This document shows, in pieces, positions 27,815 through 37,772 of a stretch of DNA of 64,000 bases. Under the pieces are notes generated by a model, which ran no database searches, had not been told where the DNA came from, and saw only the letters and a list, made by a program, of their open reading frames with translations. The stretch comes from Candidatus Freyarchaeum deiterrae (GTDB lineage: Archaea > Asgardarchaeota > Jordiarchaeia > Jordiarchaeales > Jordiarchaeaceae), in contig CP147778.1 in NCBI GenBank assembly GCA_037305845.1, forward strand, positions 2,592,001 to 2,656,000, given 5' to 3'. The translations under genes and the position numbers were made by a program. Every line of letters starts with the position of its first letter. Within the stretch, counting starts at the first letter, position 1.

Positions 27815-29008
27815 TTATAGTGAGTGTAGGTATTCTTCTAACTTTTGTACGCCTTCCAGTATGTCTTGCATGGATGTGGCGTAGCTTATTCTGATGTGGC
27901 CTTCTCCGTTGCTTCCAAAAACCTTTCCGGGAGTGATGCATACGCCTTTACTTTCTAGTAGTTGTTCTGCCAGCTGCGAACTGTCGTTGGAGTATTCTGA
28001 AATGTTTGGAAAAGCATAGAATGCTCCTTTGGGTGTTTTGCATGTGACTCCGTCGATTTGGTTTAGGGCTTTTACAATGGCTTTTCTTCTTTTGTCGTAT
28101 TCTTTTCGCATTTCCTCGACGCAGTCCTGAGGCCCTCTAATCGCCTCCACGGCTGCCTTCTGTGCGAAGCTGGTGGCGCAGGTGGTTGAATTCTGCTGTA
28201 TCTTCGACATTTCATCAACTATTTTCTGGGGAGCTGCGATGTATCCCAGTCTCCATCCGGTCATGGAATATGTTTTCGAGAAGCCGTGAATGTACACCGT
28301 CTGGTCTTGTAGCTGGGGGAAGCTTAGTATGCTCGTGTTTTTGAATCCATCATATGTTAGGGCGTCGTATATTTCGTCTGAGAAGATGATGAGTTTGCTG
28401 TCTCGTGCTATGTCTGCTATTGTTGCCATTTCCGGTTTTGTGAGTGCTCCTCCTGTGGGGTTGTTGGGTGTGTTTATGAATATGGCCTTGGTTCTGCGTG
28501 TTATTGCTTTTTTGAGTGCTTCGTCATCTATTGAGTAGTCTTCCTGGAAGGGGACTTCTTTGGGTACGCCTTCGGCCATGGTTACGATGTCTTTGTAGCT
28601 GGGCCATACTGGTACGGGTATTAGTACTTCGTCTCCGGGGTTTATTAGGGTTTGAACTGCGCAGAATATGGCGTGTTTGGCTCCGGGGGTTACTATTATC
28701 TGGTTTGTTTTTATTTCTGCTCCGGTTCTTCTTTTTATGTCTGTGGCTATGGCTTCGCGTAGTTCGGGGATTCCTTTGCTGCTGGTGTATTTTGTGAATC
28801 CTTCGTTGAGGGCTTTTATGGCGGCGTCTTTGATGTGTTGGGGGGTGTCGAAGTCTGGTTCTCCTACTTCGAAGTGTATGATTTTTTGTCCTTTTTGTTC
28901 GAGTTCTTTGGCGATTTCGAGCATTCGGATTGTTCCGGAGGCTGGGATTTTTTCCATGCGTTTGGCGGTCTTCATAATCATCGTCATAGTGGGTTTCCTC
29001 TCCTCCAA
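27815..29008 (-). CDS. PLP-dependent class I aminotransferase (aspartate aminotransferase family)
   Basis: GEPDF, TPGAK, NTPNNPTG, SDEIY, GFSKTYSMTGWRLG (PLP Lys), IRISY. Confidence 0.95.
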   Translation of the reverse strand: MEERKPTMTMIMKTAKRMEKIPASGTIRMLEIAKELEQKGQKIIHFEVGEPDFDTPQHIKDAAIKALNEGFTKYTSSKGIPELREAIATDIKRRTGAEIKTNQIIVTPGAKHAIFCAVQTLINPGDEVLIPVPVWPSYKDIVTMAEGVPKEVPFQEDYSIDDEALKKAITRRTKAIFINTPNNPTGGALTKPEMATIADIARDSKLIIFSDEIYDALTYDGFKNTSILSFPQLQDQTVYIHGFSKTYSMTGWRLGYIAAPQKIVDEMSKIQQNSTTCATSFAQKAAVEAIRGPQDCVEEMRKEYDKRRKAIVKALNQIDGVTCKTPKGAFYAFPNISEYSNDSSQLAEQLLESKGVCITPGKVFGSNGEGHIRISYATSMQDILEGVQKLEEYLHSL

Positions 29009-29234
29009 TAATCAATTATTCATCCATTTTAAACATTTTGCATAAATCACGCTTCCCGAATACTAACTCTCAATAAAGTAAACGTTCAACTTTCATAAAA
29101 AAATTAGGTTTGCAGAAAAAATGGGGGATATGTTGTTGGTGTTTGACGGTGTTTTTTCGCTGTTCTGCTGGTAGCCTGTTTCTACGTTTTTTTCCTGTTT
29201 TTGGTTACACGCTTCTTTTCTTTTTCTTTTGTGT

Positions 29235-29576
29235 TTAGGCTTTTGATACCAGGATGTCTTTGCCTTCTACTTTGACTTTGTATGAGGGTTCGTCCTTGAT
29301 CTTTGGGGGTGTGGAGCCTTTGGGGCCTGCGACGGCTTTTCCTGTGGTTACGTCGAATTTCGATCCGTGTTTTGGGCAGGTTACTATGTTGCCTGATAAT
29401 GTTCCTTTGTAGAGGTCTCCTCTGAAGTGCGTGCACTTGTCGCCTATGGCGTAGTACTTTCCGTTCACGTTCGCAATCATGACTTCGTTTTTTTCAAACT
29501 TTACATTCTTCATCTTTCCCGAAGGGATTTCTGAAGTTTCAGCAACTTTTACAAAACTCAACCATATTCCTCCCAA
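29235..29576 (-). CDS. Rieske [2Fe-2S] ferredoxin
   Basis: CTH...CPKHGSKFD motifs. Confidence 0.9.
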   Translation of the reverse strand: MGGIWLSFVKVAETSEIPSGKMKNVKFEKNEVMIANVNGKYYAIGDKCTHFRGDLYKGTLSGNIVTCPKHGSKFDVTTGKAVAGPKGSTPPKIKDEPSYKVKVEGKDILVSKA

Positions 29577-30001
29577 AAACTATTCTGTGTAGTTAGAAAT
29601 AGTGAGGGGTTCAATGCTTAAAAAAATTGCTGCGTGACTATTTTGTATTCTATTTTTTGCAATTCTGTTGGAATTAGTGTGTTGAAACTAGGATGTTGTT
29701 TCCCTCAACTTTGACTTTTTGTGAGTCTGGTTCTTCTTATTGAAATGTTTCTTCATTTATCGCAAAAAATCTTTTTCTTTTCCACTTTTTTCTTTGGGGT
29801 GAGATGATATTTTTCGGTCGGGTGGTGAGAATGTTTTAAAAAAAGTTGTGATACTTGAAAGTGGAAAAAAATTTGTAGAAAAAATAGTTCAACACTTAAA
29901 AAGAGAAAGAGGTATCTGAAAAATGTAGCCTGAAAGGGTATTTTTCGAATAAAGCTCAATAGTTGTTGTCACAAATAATAATCGGACTTGGTTTAATACA
30001 C

Positions 30002-30931
30002 TTAGAGTCCCATCATTTTGAACGAAAGCATACTTGAAGGGCTTACTAAGCTGAATCCTCCATCCACGATGATTACCTGCCCTGTTACGTAGCTCGCCTC
30101 CGGTGATGCTAGGTAGGCTGTCATCGATGCTATATCTTCTACTGTACCCCACCTTTTAGCAGGTATGTCATTGCCGAGGCTTGATAAAATTTCCGCCATC
30201 TTTTTTGTCATACCAGCAAGTATAAGTCCAGGTGCGATCGCATTAACGGTGATTCCTTTATGGGCTACCTCTAGTGCTAGAGATTTTGTAAGTCCTATTA
30301 TTGCGGCTTTCGCTGCAGCGTAACTGGAAGCGAGCGCGTCCCCGCTGATTCCCGCTAGTGCGGACATGTTGACTACTCTTCCACCCGCCTTCATGTTTTT
30401 AAGGGCGGCTTTGCAGAATAAGAACGTGCCATCAACATGAACTTTGAACATGTTATCCCATCTATCTAATGGCGTGTCGACAAACAAACTCGCATCAATT
30501 ATTCCAGCATTATTTACAAGGATATCTATGCTTCCATAACTTGCCTCGGTTTCTTCCACGACCTTTGATACTTGTTCGACGTTTCTTACGTCACATTGTA
30601 TGCACATCGCCTCTCCGCCGAACTCTTTGATTTCATTAACTGTTTTTTTCGCCTCGTCCTTGTTGGTGTTATAGGTAAAACAGACCTTTGCTCCTTCACG
30701 AGCAAAACGCCGGGTAATCCCGTTTCCTATTCCTACACTGCCCCCTGTCACGAGGGCGTTTTTGCCCAACAGTCTTCCCTTTACATACCCCATCTCCATA
30801 GTTTCGGGAGCTGTTTTGGACTTATCTAGGGTTGCCCCAGTTTCAGCTTTCTTCACGCTGGGGGCTTCAACTACCTTTTTTTCTTTTTTCTCTTTTTCTG
30901 ATTCTTTAATTTGCTTCTTTTCCCAAGTCAT
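30002..30931 (-). CDS. SDR-family oxidoreductase (FabG-like) with charged N-terminal extension
   Basis: TGGSVGIG, NNAG, YAAAK, NAIAPG, VTGQ..VDGG. Confidence 0.92.
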   Translation of the reverse strand: MTWEKKQIKESEKEKKEKKVVEAPSVKKAETGATLDKSKTAPETMEMGYVKGRLLGKNALVTGGSVGIGNGITRRFAREGAKVCFTYNTNKDEAKKTVNEIKEFGGEAMCIQCDVRNVEQVSKVVEETEASYGSIDILVNNAGIIDASLFVDTPLDRWDNMFKVHVDGTFLFCKAALKNMKAGGRVVNMSALAGISGDALASSYAAAKAAIIGLTKSLALEVAHKGITVNAIAPGLILAGMTKKMAEILSSLGNDIPAKRWGTVEDIASMTAYLASPEASYVTGQVIIVDGGFSLVSPSSMLSFKMMGL

Positions 30932-31243
30932 TCTATGGCCTCCTGTAATTTAAACATACAAATTGTATTGGGCACTTAGTATTGTGCCGAAAATTAGGGC
31001 GTTGAAGAAGGGACTTATTTCCGACATTATTTTAAACCTCTCTTCTTCTTTTGAAAGAGTTTGTATTTAATTAAAATTGGTTGAATTTTTTATTGATTGT
31101 TGAGTCCAACTGCTTCCATCGATAATGATGGTGGTGTCGCTTTCCTCTTTAACCACTAAATATATAATTCTGTTATTCGATTTATATTTTTTTTCATATT
31201 TTATTTTAGCATGGCTGCTAACCGTTGTCCGAAACTTACCCAT

Positions 31244-32446
31244 CTAGGACATTCCCCAGTGGTGTTCGATTCCCGCTTCATCAAGGAGCACCTGCCTTGC
31301 GGCATGAACCTCTCCACTCTTTCGGGCGTTTAGTGTCTCCGCCCAACTGGCGGCGACGGAAGAAGCTAGATTCAACGCAGCGTTCAGGTCACGGTCGGCT
31401 TCGAAACCGCAGCTCTCGCACTTGTACGTCCTTTCGGAAAGCGGCATTTCGTCCTTCACGGCTCCGCAGTTGGAGCACCTCTTCGTGGAAGGGAAAAAGG
31501 GGTCGGCCTCCACGACTACACCCCCGTACCACTGGGCTTTGTACTTCAGCTGGCGGAAGAACTCTCCGAGCCCCGCGTCTGCGAGCTGCTTCGCCAGGCG
31601 GTGGTTCTTCAGCAGCCCAGCCAAATTCAGGCTCTCCACGCCGATGACCGACTTGGTTCTCGCCAGCATCGTCGTGGCCTTGTGCTGGGCGTCCCTGCGG
31701 ATGCTCGCGATTCTGAACTCACACCCGGCAAGCTGCATCCTTGCATCAAGTCTGTTCTTGCTGTTTTTCATCTTCCTAGAAAGCGACCTATGGAGCCGCT
31801 TCATCTTCCGCTCGTATCGAGTAAGCGCCTTGGGATTCTCGATGACGGCTCCATCGCTGAGCGTGGCGAGTTTGGAAATACCTACATCGACGCCGACAAC
31901 TGGGCCAGTGTTGACTGAAACTTCGATTTTCTCCTCGACCTGAAGGCTCACGAACCACCGCCGCCCTTCTCTCTCCGAAACTGTTGCGGATAGGATGTGA
32001 ACTTCTGCTCCTTTGTCGGTCGGAAGATAGTCTTTCTCTTTCAATCGGACCCTGCCGATTCTTGGCAGTTGGATTGAACCGTGGAAAACTCTGATGGAGC
32101 CGGTGAGCCGGAAACTGCTGATTCCGCGTTTCCTACTCCTGAATTTGGGGTATTTCGCCCGTCCCTCGAAGAAGTTCTTGAACGCCCTGTCGAGGTCTCG
32201 GAGAGCCTCCTGCGGGGCGCACTTGGAGACCTGGTACATCCACGGAAAGCCCGTTCGCTTAAGCGCGTTCAACTGCCGGTGTAGCTCGATGGCGTTCGAG
32301 GATTTACCCGTCTTCTCGTATTCTTCCTTCCTCCGAGCGAGACCCCAGTTGTACGCAAACCTCGCCGCCCCACTGTGCTTGAGCAGAGCCGTGCGCTGGG
32401 CATTGTTGGGTTCTAGCTCGGTTTTGTAGGCGCGATTAATCAACAT
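31244..32446 (-). CDS. tnpB: IS607 TnpB RNA-guided endonuclease
   Basis: Likely start MLINRAYK (ATG 32446); GVDVG, GVESL, CSNC/CESC and DRDLNAA, so the RuvC triad is intact. Confidence 0.93.
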   Translation of the reverse strand: MLINRAYKTELEPNNAQRTALLKHSGAARFAYNWGLARRKEEYEKTGKSSNAIELHRQLNALKRTGFPWMYQVSKCAPQEALRDLDRAFKNFFEGRAKYPKFRSRKRGISSFRLTGSIRVFHGSIQLPRIGRVRLKEKDYLPTDKGAEVHILSATVSEREGRRWFVSLQVEEKIEVSVNTGPVVGVDVGISKLATLSDGAVIENPKALTRYERKMKRLHRSLSRKMKNSKNRLDARMQLAGCEFRIASIRRDAQHKATTMLARTKSVIGVESLNLAGLLKNHRLAKQLADAGLGEFFRQLKYKAQWYGGVVVEADPFFPSTKRCSNCGAVKDEMPLSERTYKCESCGFEADRDLNAALNLASSVAASWAETLNARKSGEVHAARQVLLDEAGIEHHWGMS

Positions 32447-33011
32447 CTTTAGTCGCCTCCTCCAGCGCCCTCTTGGCCCTATTTTTCGCCGCCCTCTTCC
32501 CATACAGCCTCGCACAGAAACTTGTCAAGACATCCACCATGTCCTGCACCAGATCATCGTTGCATTCGGTCTGGTTTATAACTTGCAACTGACGATTGGC
32601 GGCCGCCAAAGCGGCGGAAATGAACTCCTCTGCTCCGAACCGAGCCAGACGATCCCGATGTTCGACAACTATGATGGAGATGGATGGGTCGGCAAGGAGC
32701 TTCAATAACTGTTTGCGGTGCCCGTTCAACAAACCAGACCCAGTTTCCTGAACTTCCTTGATCACCTTCAGGCCTTGAGCGGCGGCGTAGTCGCGTAGGC
32801 GTTGCATCTGCCGCTCCAGATCCGATTTCTGGTCGGCTGATGAGACCCGCGCGTACAGGGCTGTATTGTTTGTTGCAGTCGGTGTTTCGTGGACGAGGAT
32901 TGTCCCGGTGGGTAGTTGTTCGGTTGGTCGCGGGAACTTGCCGGAACGGTAGAGGCGGTACGCGGTTTTGTAATCGATGCCCTGTTTCCTCGCCCAATCA
33001 GCTAGTTTCAT
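32436..33011 (-). CDS. tnpA: IS607 transposase (MerR-like HTH + serine recombinase)
   Basis: MKLADWA...YARVSS.DQ..DLERQ, HRDRLARFG, SFCARLYG. Confidence 0.95.
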   Translation of the reverse strand: MKLADWARKQGIDYKTAYRLYRSGKFPRPTEQLPTGTILVHETPTATNNTALYARVSSADQKSDLERQMQRLRDYAAAQGLKVIKEVQETGSGLLNGHRKQLLKLLADPSISIIVVEHRDRLARFGAEEFISAALAAANRQLQVINQTECNDDLVQDMVDVLTSFCARLYGKRAAKNRAKRALEEATKDVD

Positions 33012-33240
33012 AATAGTATCACATGACCATATATGGTATTATATGGTATTAAATATTTCTGCTGTTGCTAACCCTGCTTCTCGGGGAGGATTCGCCCCCT
33101 CTAATACAACTTAACACCAATCAAAAAAGCAAAAAAATTCAAGATTCCGAAGTACTACTCAATAAAAAAAATATATTAGTCCTTAACACTATTATATACA
33201 GTAATGTTATGACCAACGTAATTAAGAGAGGTGACGGAAA

Positions 33241-33945
33241 GTGGACAAAGCGAAGACTTCAGATTTTAAAATGCTTGATGATGTACCAAATACAGAGCCC
33301 GATCTCGAATCCTTTACAGCAATACTTGTGCAAGGTTTAGCCGCGGAAGAAAAAATCTACGGTCAAGTATTCACCACTCTATCAATAAAGAACGCCTTAA
33401 ATTACATTGCTAAAAAATTTGGAGAAAAACCGCCGGAAGATATCAAAACCTTAAGCCAGCTGCGTGAATACATACTCGCATTGACCGAAAAACACCACAC
33501 CGCTTATCATGCATTTGTATACGCTCAGTTCAAGACTGAAAATGAGCTCCAAGGCCAAACTGGGGCAGGGGCTCGAATGGGTTCAGTAGAGGTTTATAAA
33601 GGCACGGAGAAGAAATTAAACGTTGAAGAGCGAAACGTTGATTTAGACAATGTTATATCAACCTACCGCCAGGCAACGATCGCGATGAAAGTTGCTACTC
33701 GGGAATTTGGATATAAAAAGAATAAGGATGGAAGTGTAGATTTAGTCTTGCCAATGTGTTACTCTACGGATGTATGCCAATATATCTTTGAAGAGGGATT
33801 GCTAAAACGGCCCGACGGTAGAGTGCGGTGCACTCGCGCATTTGGCATATCCCAGTTCTTTAAACTGGCTACGAATGAAGATTGGGACTATGACCTACTA
33901 GAAACTTTCAAACCATATTGCATGATAAGAATATACCCCGTCTAA
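33241..33945 (+). CDS. hypothetical protein with four C-terminal Cys (possible V4R-like sensor)
   Basis: 234-aa ORF with GAGGTGA RBS; C-x5-C...C...C in the C-terminal half. Confidence 0.5.
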   Translation: MDKAKTSDFKMLDDVPNTEPDLESFTAILVQGLAAEEKIYGQVFTTLSIKNALNYIAKKFGEKPPEDIKTLSQLREYILALTEKHHTAYHAFVYAQFKTENELQGQTGAGARMGSVEVYKGTEKKLNVEERNVDLDNVISTYRQATIAMKVATREFGYKKNKDGSVDLVLPMCYSTDVCQYIFEEGLLKRPDGRVRCTRAFGISQFFKLATNEDWDYDLLETFKPYCMIRIYPV

Positions 33946-34145
33946 CCACTATTTTTGGAAGAAATGATTTAAACAAACCTCCGGTGAAGTAGATTCGCCC
34001 GATTCTACCCCTTATTTTGGGGTTCTAAATTGGAAAAGAAGCTCTATAAAAGCTCCTTTTGGAGGCAGAATCGAACGAAACTACATCGGCTATTTTATTT
34101 CATAGAGATAATAGTTAGCAAATTATTTTTTCCAATTGTGTTGAT

Positions 34146-34272
34146 TGGTATTCTGAATGTTAGGAGTTCTTTTAGTGTCCAGATGCGGTTTGCGATCCCG
34201 GCTGCTATGGCAGGTGTTCTCTTCTCCCACTTCTTTCTTCCGATCCCTTCAACCTAATCCTTAGGGCTTTCT
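34146..34272 (-). pseudogene. C-terminal remnant of an IS1-family-like transposase
   Basis: Manual translation ...GRKKWEKRTPAIAAGIANRIWTLKELLTFRIP resembles the TPAMAAG..D.IWT..ELL tail of IS1-like transposases. Confidence 0.6.
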
Positions 34273-34349
34273 TGCGAATCCTCAGTAAAAAGGTCTTTGA
34301 TACACGCAATAATAATTCTTATATATCTCAGATTGGCTCGTTTTTATTT

Positions 34350-35303
34350 ATGATAATCGATTTTAGTGCTCATTATATGTCGTCTTCCGTGGCAAAAATT
34401 TTCTTGTCTGCAGGAAGGCAGTTTTTGTATCCACAAAAGAGTGATGACGCAGAGGAAAGACTGAAAATTATGAGAAAATATGGGATCGACATGCAGGTCT
34501 TGAGTCAGACGACTCCGATGCTTTCGGGAATTGAACCGAGGGAGGCTGCTGAAATCTGCAAAGCCTCAAACGATGACATTTATAAGTTGTGTGTGGAGTA
34601 TCCTAACAAATTTGAGGGGTTAGCCATCGTCTCTCTTCTGGATGTTGAGAGTGCTCTGGAGGAGTTGGATCGCGCCGTCAATGATATGGGTTTCAGGGGG
34701 GTCACCATTGCAACTAACCAGAACGGTACGGGGCTGGACTCTCCTAGTTATGCACCGTTTTACGACCGGGTCACAAAATACGATATCCCCATCTTTCTGC
34801 ACCCAACTAACTGGAGCTCCTATCCTCTGCTTGAGGGAAGGGATGGCTTCGGTCTCATGTTCATAATAGGCTGGCAGTTCGACACCACTCAGGCATTATG
34901 CCGCCTGATATTCGGCAAAGTTCTGGAAAAATATCCTTCGCTCAAAATTGTTACGCATCACCTGGGCGGTTTCTTTCCTTATAGTAGAGTGGAGACTTTC
35001 TATGAGGGGCTTCTCAGGCAATCGTTGGTGCTGAAGAAACCCTTGGCGGAGTACTTGAAGCAGATCTACGGAGATACGGCTCTAAGTGGAATGGGCAGGG
35101 TAAGAAAGGAAATACTAGACCTTGGCTATGCGTTCTTCGGGTCGCAGCGTATAGTTTTCGGGACGGATTATCCATTCGGCTCCGAGGGTGGGGAGGGTTT
35201 CGTTAGAGATAACCTGAAACCGATAAAAGACCTCAAAATTTCAGAAGAGGACAAGAGCAGAATATTCGAAAAGAATGCTAAGAGGCTCCTAAAAATAAAG
35301 TGA
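34350..35303 (+). CDS. amidohydrolase-2 family protein (ACMSD/LigW-like)
   Basis: Likely start MIIDFSAHY; PIFLHP, HHLGG, FGTDYPF, NAKRLL. Confidence 0.88.
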   Translation: MIIDFSAHYMSSSVAKIFLSAGRQFLYPQKSDDAEERLKIMRKYGIDMQVLSQTTPMLSGIEPREAAEICKASNDDIYKLCVEYPNKFEGLAIVSLLDVESALEELDRAVNDMGFRGVTIATNQNGTGLDSPSYAPFYDRVTKYDIPIFLHPTNWSSYPLLEGRDGFGLMFIIGWQFDTTQALCRLIFGKVLEKYPSLKIVTHHLGGFFPYSRVETFYEGLLRQSLVLKKPLAEYLKQIYGDTALSGMGRVRKEILDLGYAFFGSQRIVFGTDYPFGSEGGEGFVRDNLKPIKDLKISEEDKSRIFEKNAKRLLKIK

Positions 35304-35360
35304 AGCGGGCTGGGAATCTTTTTTATAGGTGTTTCTTATTCTACTAAGGGTGGTGATGTT

Positions 35361-35642
35361 GTGACTGCGAGTGTTGAAGAGATTTCAGCGGCTCTGGGTT
35401 TGAGTAAAGAGGAGTTGATTAGGAGGGGTGTTAGAGCGTACTTGGAGCTTGAGCTGAGGCGGCTTAACTCCGAAATAATGACTCTCTACCGTCGATACAA
35501 CGTCAAGTCACTTAAAGAATTGGATGAGAAAATTAGCAGAGGAGAGCTTAGTGAAACTGACACCTTCGACGACTTCACAAAGCTAGATTTCCTCGAGGCG
35601 AAGAGGGACGAGGTGGAAAAGTTTCTGAGGAGCACGAGTTGA
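35361..35642 (+). CDS. putative antitoxin
   Basis: 93 aa; stop overlaps the next start; same arrangement as the 26648/26892 pair. Confidence 0.65.
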   Translation: MTASVEEISAALGLSKEELIRRGVRAYLELELRRLNSEIMTLYRRYNVKSLKELDEKISRGELSETDTFDDFTKLDFLEAKRDEVEKFLRSTS

Positions 35643-36022
35643 CCCAAAGGGTAAGCAAGACATATGACAAGCTGACGGAAATAATTCTGCGATCTTTTCC
35701 TGAGATAGTTGTTTCTATTGATGAACCTTATGGTAAGCTCAGAATTTATCTTGTTGATGGGAGCTATCTCGATGTTTGGTTATCACATAAAATTCCTAAT
35801 AGATATGCTTACCACTGGGAACACAGACACATAGATGGCAAAGTACATCGACATGACAATCGTCCCCACGAATCTCTAAAACACATGAAAACTTACCCTA
35901 AACATTTTCATAACGAAACAGAGAACAACATACAGGAGAGCCGCATAAGCGAAAAACCTGAAGAGGCACTAATCTACTTTCTAAACTTCATCAAAGAGAA
36001 AATCCAAAAACCAAAGGCTTAG
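35639..36022 (+). CDS. DUF6516 / TumE-family toxin-like protein
   Basis: YAYHWE...RHDNRPH...TYPKHFH. Confidence 0.75.
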   Translation: MTQRVSKTYDKLTEIILRSFPEIVVSIDEPYGKLRIYLVDGSYLDVWLSHKIPNRYAYHWEHRHIDGKVHRHDNRPHESLKHMKTYPKHFHNETENNIQESRISEKPEEALIYFLNFIKEKIQKPKA

Positions 36023-36261
36023 AGAAACTTGAAAAATCAACTTACTATAGATTAGTGGCTTCGTCAGCCTAGAATTTATAAATTATGATGGTAGAATAAT
36101 TATAAGCTAATGCGAATTTTTTTAGAAAAATGGATTTTTATGTATTTTTCTCAAAGTTTTTTGTATAAAGTTCTTTTTTTTGATGTTTTATTGCGATTTT
36201 CCCAAATTTGAACAAAAGCTATAAAAACTATTTTGGCGCCATAATATCCTAGTGAGCAATA

Positions 36262-36507
36262 ATGACAATGCTTGGAGTGTGGAATTGTAAAATGGAGCTA
36301 GAAGTTGAAACTAAAAAAATGCAAGCTGTTGCCCTAAAGCAGGAACTGGAAAAAATGGGTATAAGCAACGAGCAACAGGTTAAAGAATTGTGGGAAGAAT
36401 GCATATCAAAAACTCCTGCACTTAACGGGAATTTCAACTGCAATATATCCGTCAAGTTCCTAAACAAGTACTGCGTAGCCGACATAGAACTCACACCCAA
36501 ACAATAA
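36262..36507 (+). CDS. hypothetical protein
   Basis: 81-aa ORF (start may be MELEVETK). Confidence 0.45.
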   Translation: MTMLGVWNCKMELEVETKKMQAVALKQELEKMGISNEQQVKELWEECISKTPALNGNFNCNISVKFLNKYCVADIELTPKQ

Positions 36508-36743
36508 AAATCTCTTCCCTATACGGGAAACCAAATTTTAAGAAAACGAAAAGAAGACCAATACTCACATATCCTTTATTTTCGAAAATGCCCGAAAATT
36601 GGAGAGAATTTACTCATTTTTGTTAATTGTAATGCTCTGCTTCCCGGGTTGCCTAAAACCAAATTTTTGCTTCTGTTCCTCTTCAATAAAGTATAAAAGT
36701 GTATTCTTTTTTCAGTATCATGATTTTTTAATAGTGATTTAGA

Positions 36744-37244
36744 GTGGTTCTGATGATTAAACTGGTTATTTTCGATGCTGATGAAACCCTATGGACTACT
36801 TATGGATACTGGGCTAGTTTACTTGTTCCTCCCCTGGAAAAGGTCAATGATAGTGAGATAAGAGACTCGGAAGGTAAAAGGCTCACTCTGTTTGATGGTG
36901 TTAGGCAGCTGTTGGAAACTCTGAATGATAGGGGAATTTTGATTTCGCTGGTTAGTATTAACGATCATGAACCAAATAGAGTGGCTGAATGTTTGGAGCT
37001 TTTTGAGTTAGACCGCTTTTTTGTTTATCCGCAGGTTGATTGGGGTGATAAGGGTCAGAACATCAAGAAAGTTTTGAATCTCCTGCGGGAAAACGATGGG
37101 AAGATACTCAAGTATGATGAAGTTTTGTTTGTGGATGACCTTCTACCCTTCATAAAAAACGCGAAGGCGGCTTGTCCGGGTATTAAAACCCTTCATATCG
37201 GCAGCGAAATATCTGTTGTTACCGAAATAATGAACTTCTTATAA
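36744..37244 (+). CDS. HAD-IIIC phosphatase (MDP-1-like)
   Basis: IFDADETLW, LVSIN, K and LFVDD HAD motifs. Confidence 0.85.
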   Translation: MVLMIKLVIFDADETLWTTYGYWASLLVPPLEKVNDSEIRDSEGKRLTLFDGVRQLLETLNDRGILISLVSINDHEPNRVAECLELFELDRFFVYPQVDWGDKGQNIKKVLNLLRENDGKILKYDEVLFVDDLLPFIKNAKAACPGIKTLHIGSEISVVTEIMNFL

Positions 37245-37502
37245 GAAAAATAGGGACATAATAGTTCAAAAGCTGGGAGAAAAATAAGTCACTTACAATT
37301 ACTGATCAAAGTATTGCTCTGAAAACTTGAGGTTTTCATAATTTGCTCAAAACAATTTTAGCGTATGAGGTTTTATCCTCATAATTGCTTTTCCTTCTTT
37401 GTCGAGACGCTAAATTAATTATTTTTTACAGTGGATATAAATATTATAATTCTTACAAAAAATATAAGTATTGTTATTTCACAGTTTATTTGGTGACCAT
37501 AA

Positions 37503-37772
37503 ATGTCTACAATCCAAGTTGACGAGGAAACAAAAAGAAAACTTTTAGATATTGCCGGCCGGCTTCAGTCTGAGCTTAAGAAAAATGTCACCTTTAATGA
37601 CGCAATCAGGTTTCTCATCGATGAGTACGAGGGGAAGAAAGACTTCAGTGCCTTACGTCCCTTCTTCGGCGTTCTAAAGAAGAGTCCGGAAGAGGTGAGG
37701 AGGATTCTAACTGAACTCAGAGACGAGGAGGAGAAGAGACTTGAAAAGTTTACAGGGCAATCTAGCGGTTGA
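37503..37772 (+). CDS. VapB-type antitoxin
   Basis: STIQVDEETKRKL...TFNDAIRFLI; overlaps the PIN gene. Confidence 0.75.
   Translation: MSTIQVDEETKRKLLDIAGRLQSELKKNVTFNDAIRFLIDEYEGKKDFSALRPFFGVLKKSPEEVRRILTELRDEEEKRLEKFTGQSSG

Larger units (their letters stand above)
31224..33073 (-). mobile_element. IS607-family element (tnpA serine recombinase + tnpB)
   Basis: High-GC block bounded by CC (GG on the element strand) at 31222-31223 and 33072-33073; tandem ATATGGTATT repeats at 33031-33050 near the left end. Confidence 0.85.

Noticed and set aside
28162-29045. Overlapping alternative-frame and antisense ORFs here, and likewise at 14283-14858, 22531-23181, 31422-31943, 43020-43993, 51986-52558, 58520-59029 and 59138-59714
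   Set aside because: They are shadows of well-supported genes, with low-complexity Arg- or Ser-rich translations and no motifs.
33031-33050. Short tandem repeat as a CRISPR remnant
   Set aside because: Only two abutting 10-bp units with no spacers, inside the IS607 left end; no CRISPR array or cas gene was seen in the window.
34030-34257. 75-aa plus-strand ORF
   Set aside because: Better explained as antisense to the transposase tail remnant.
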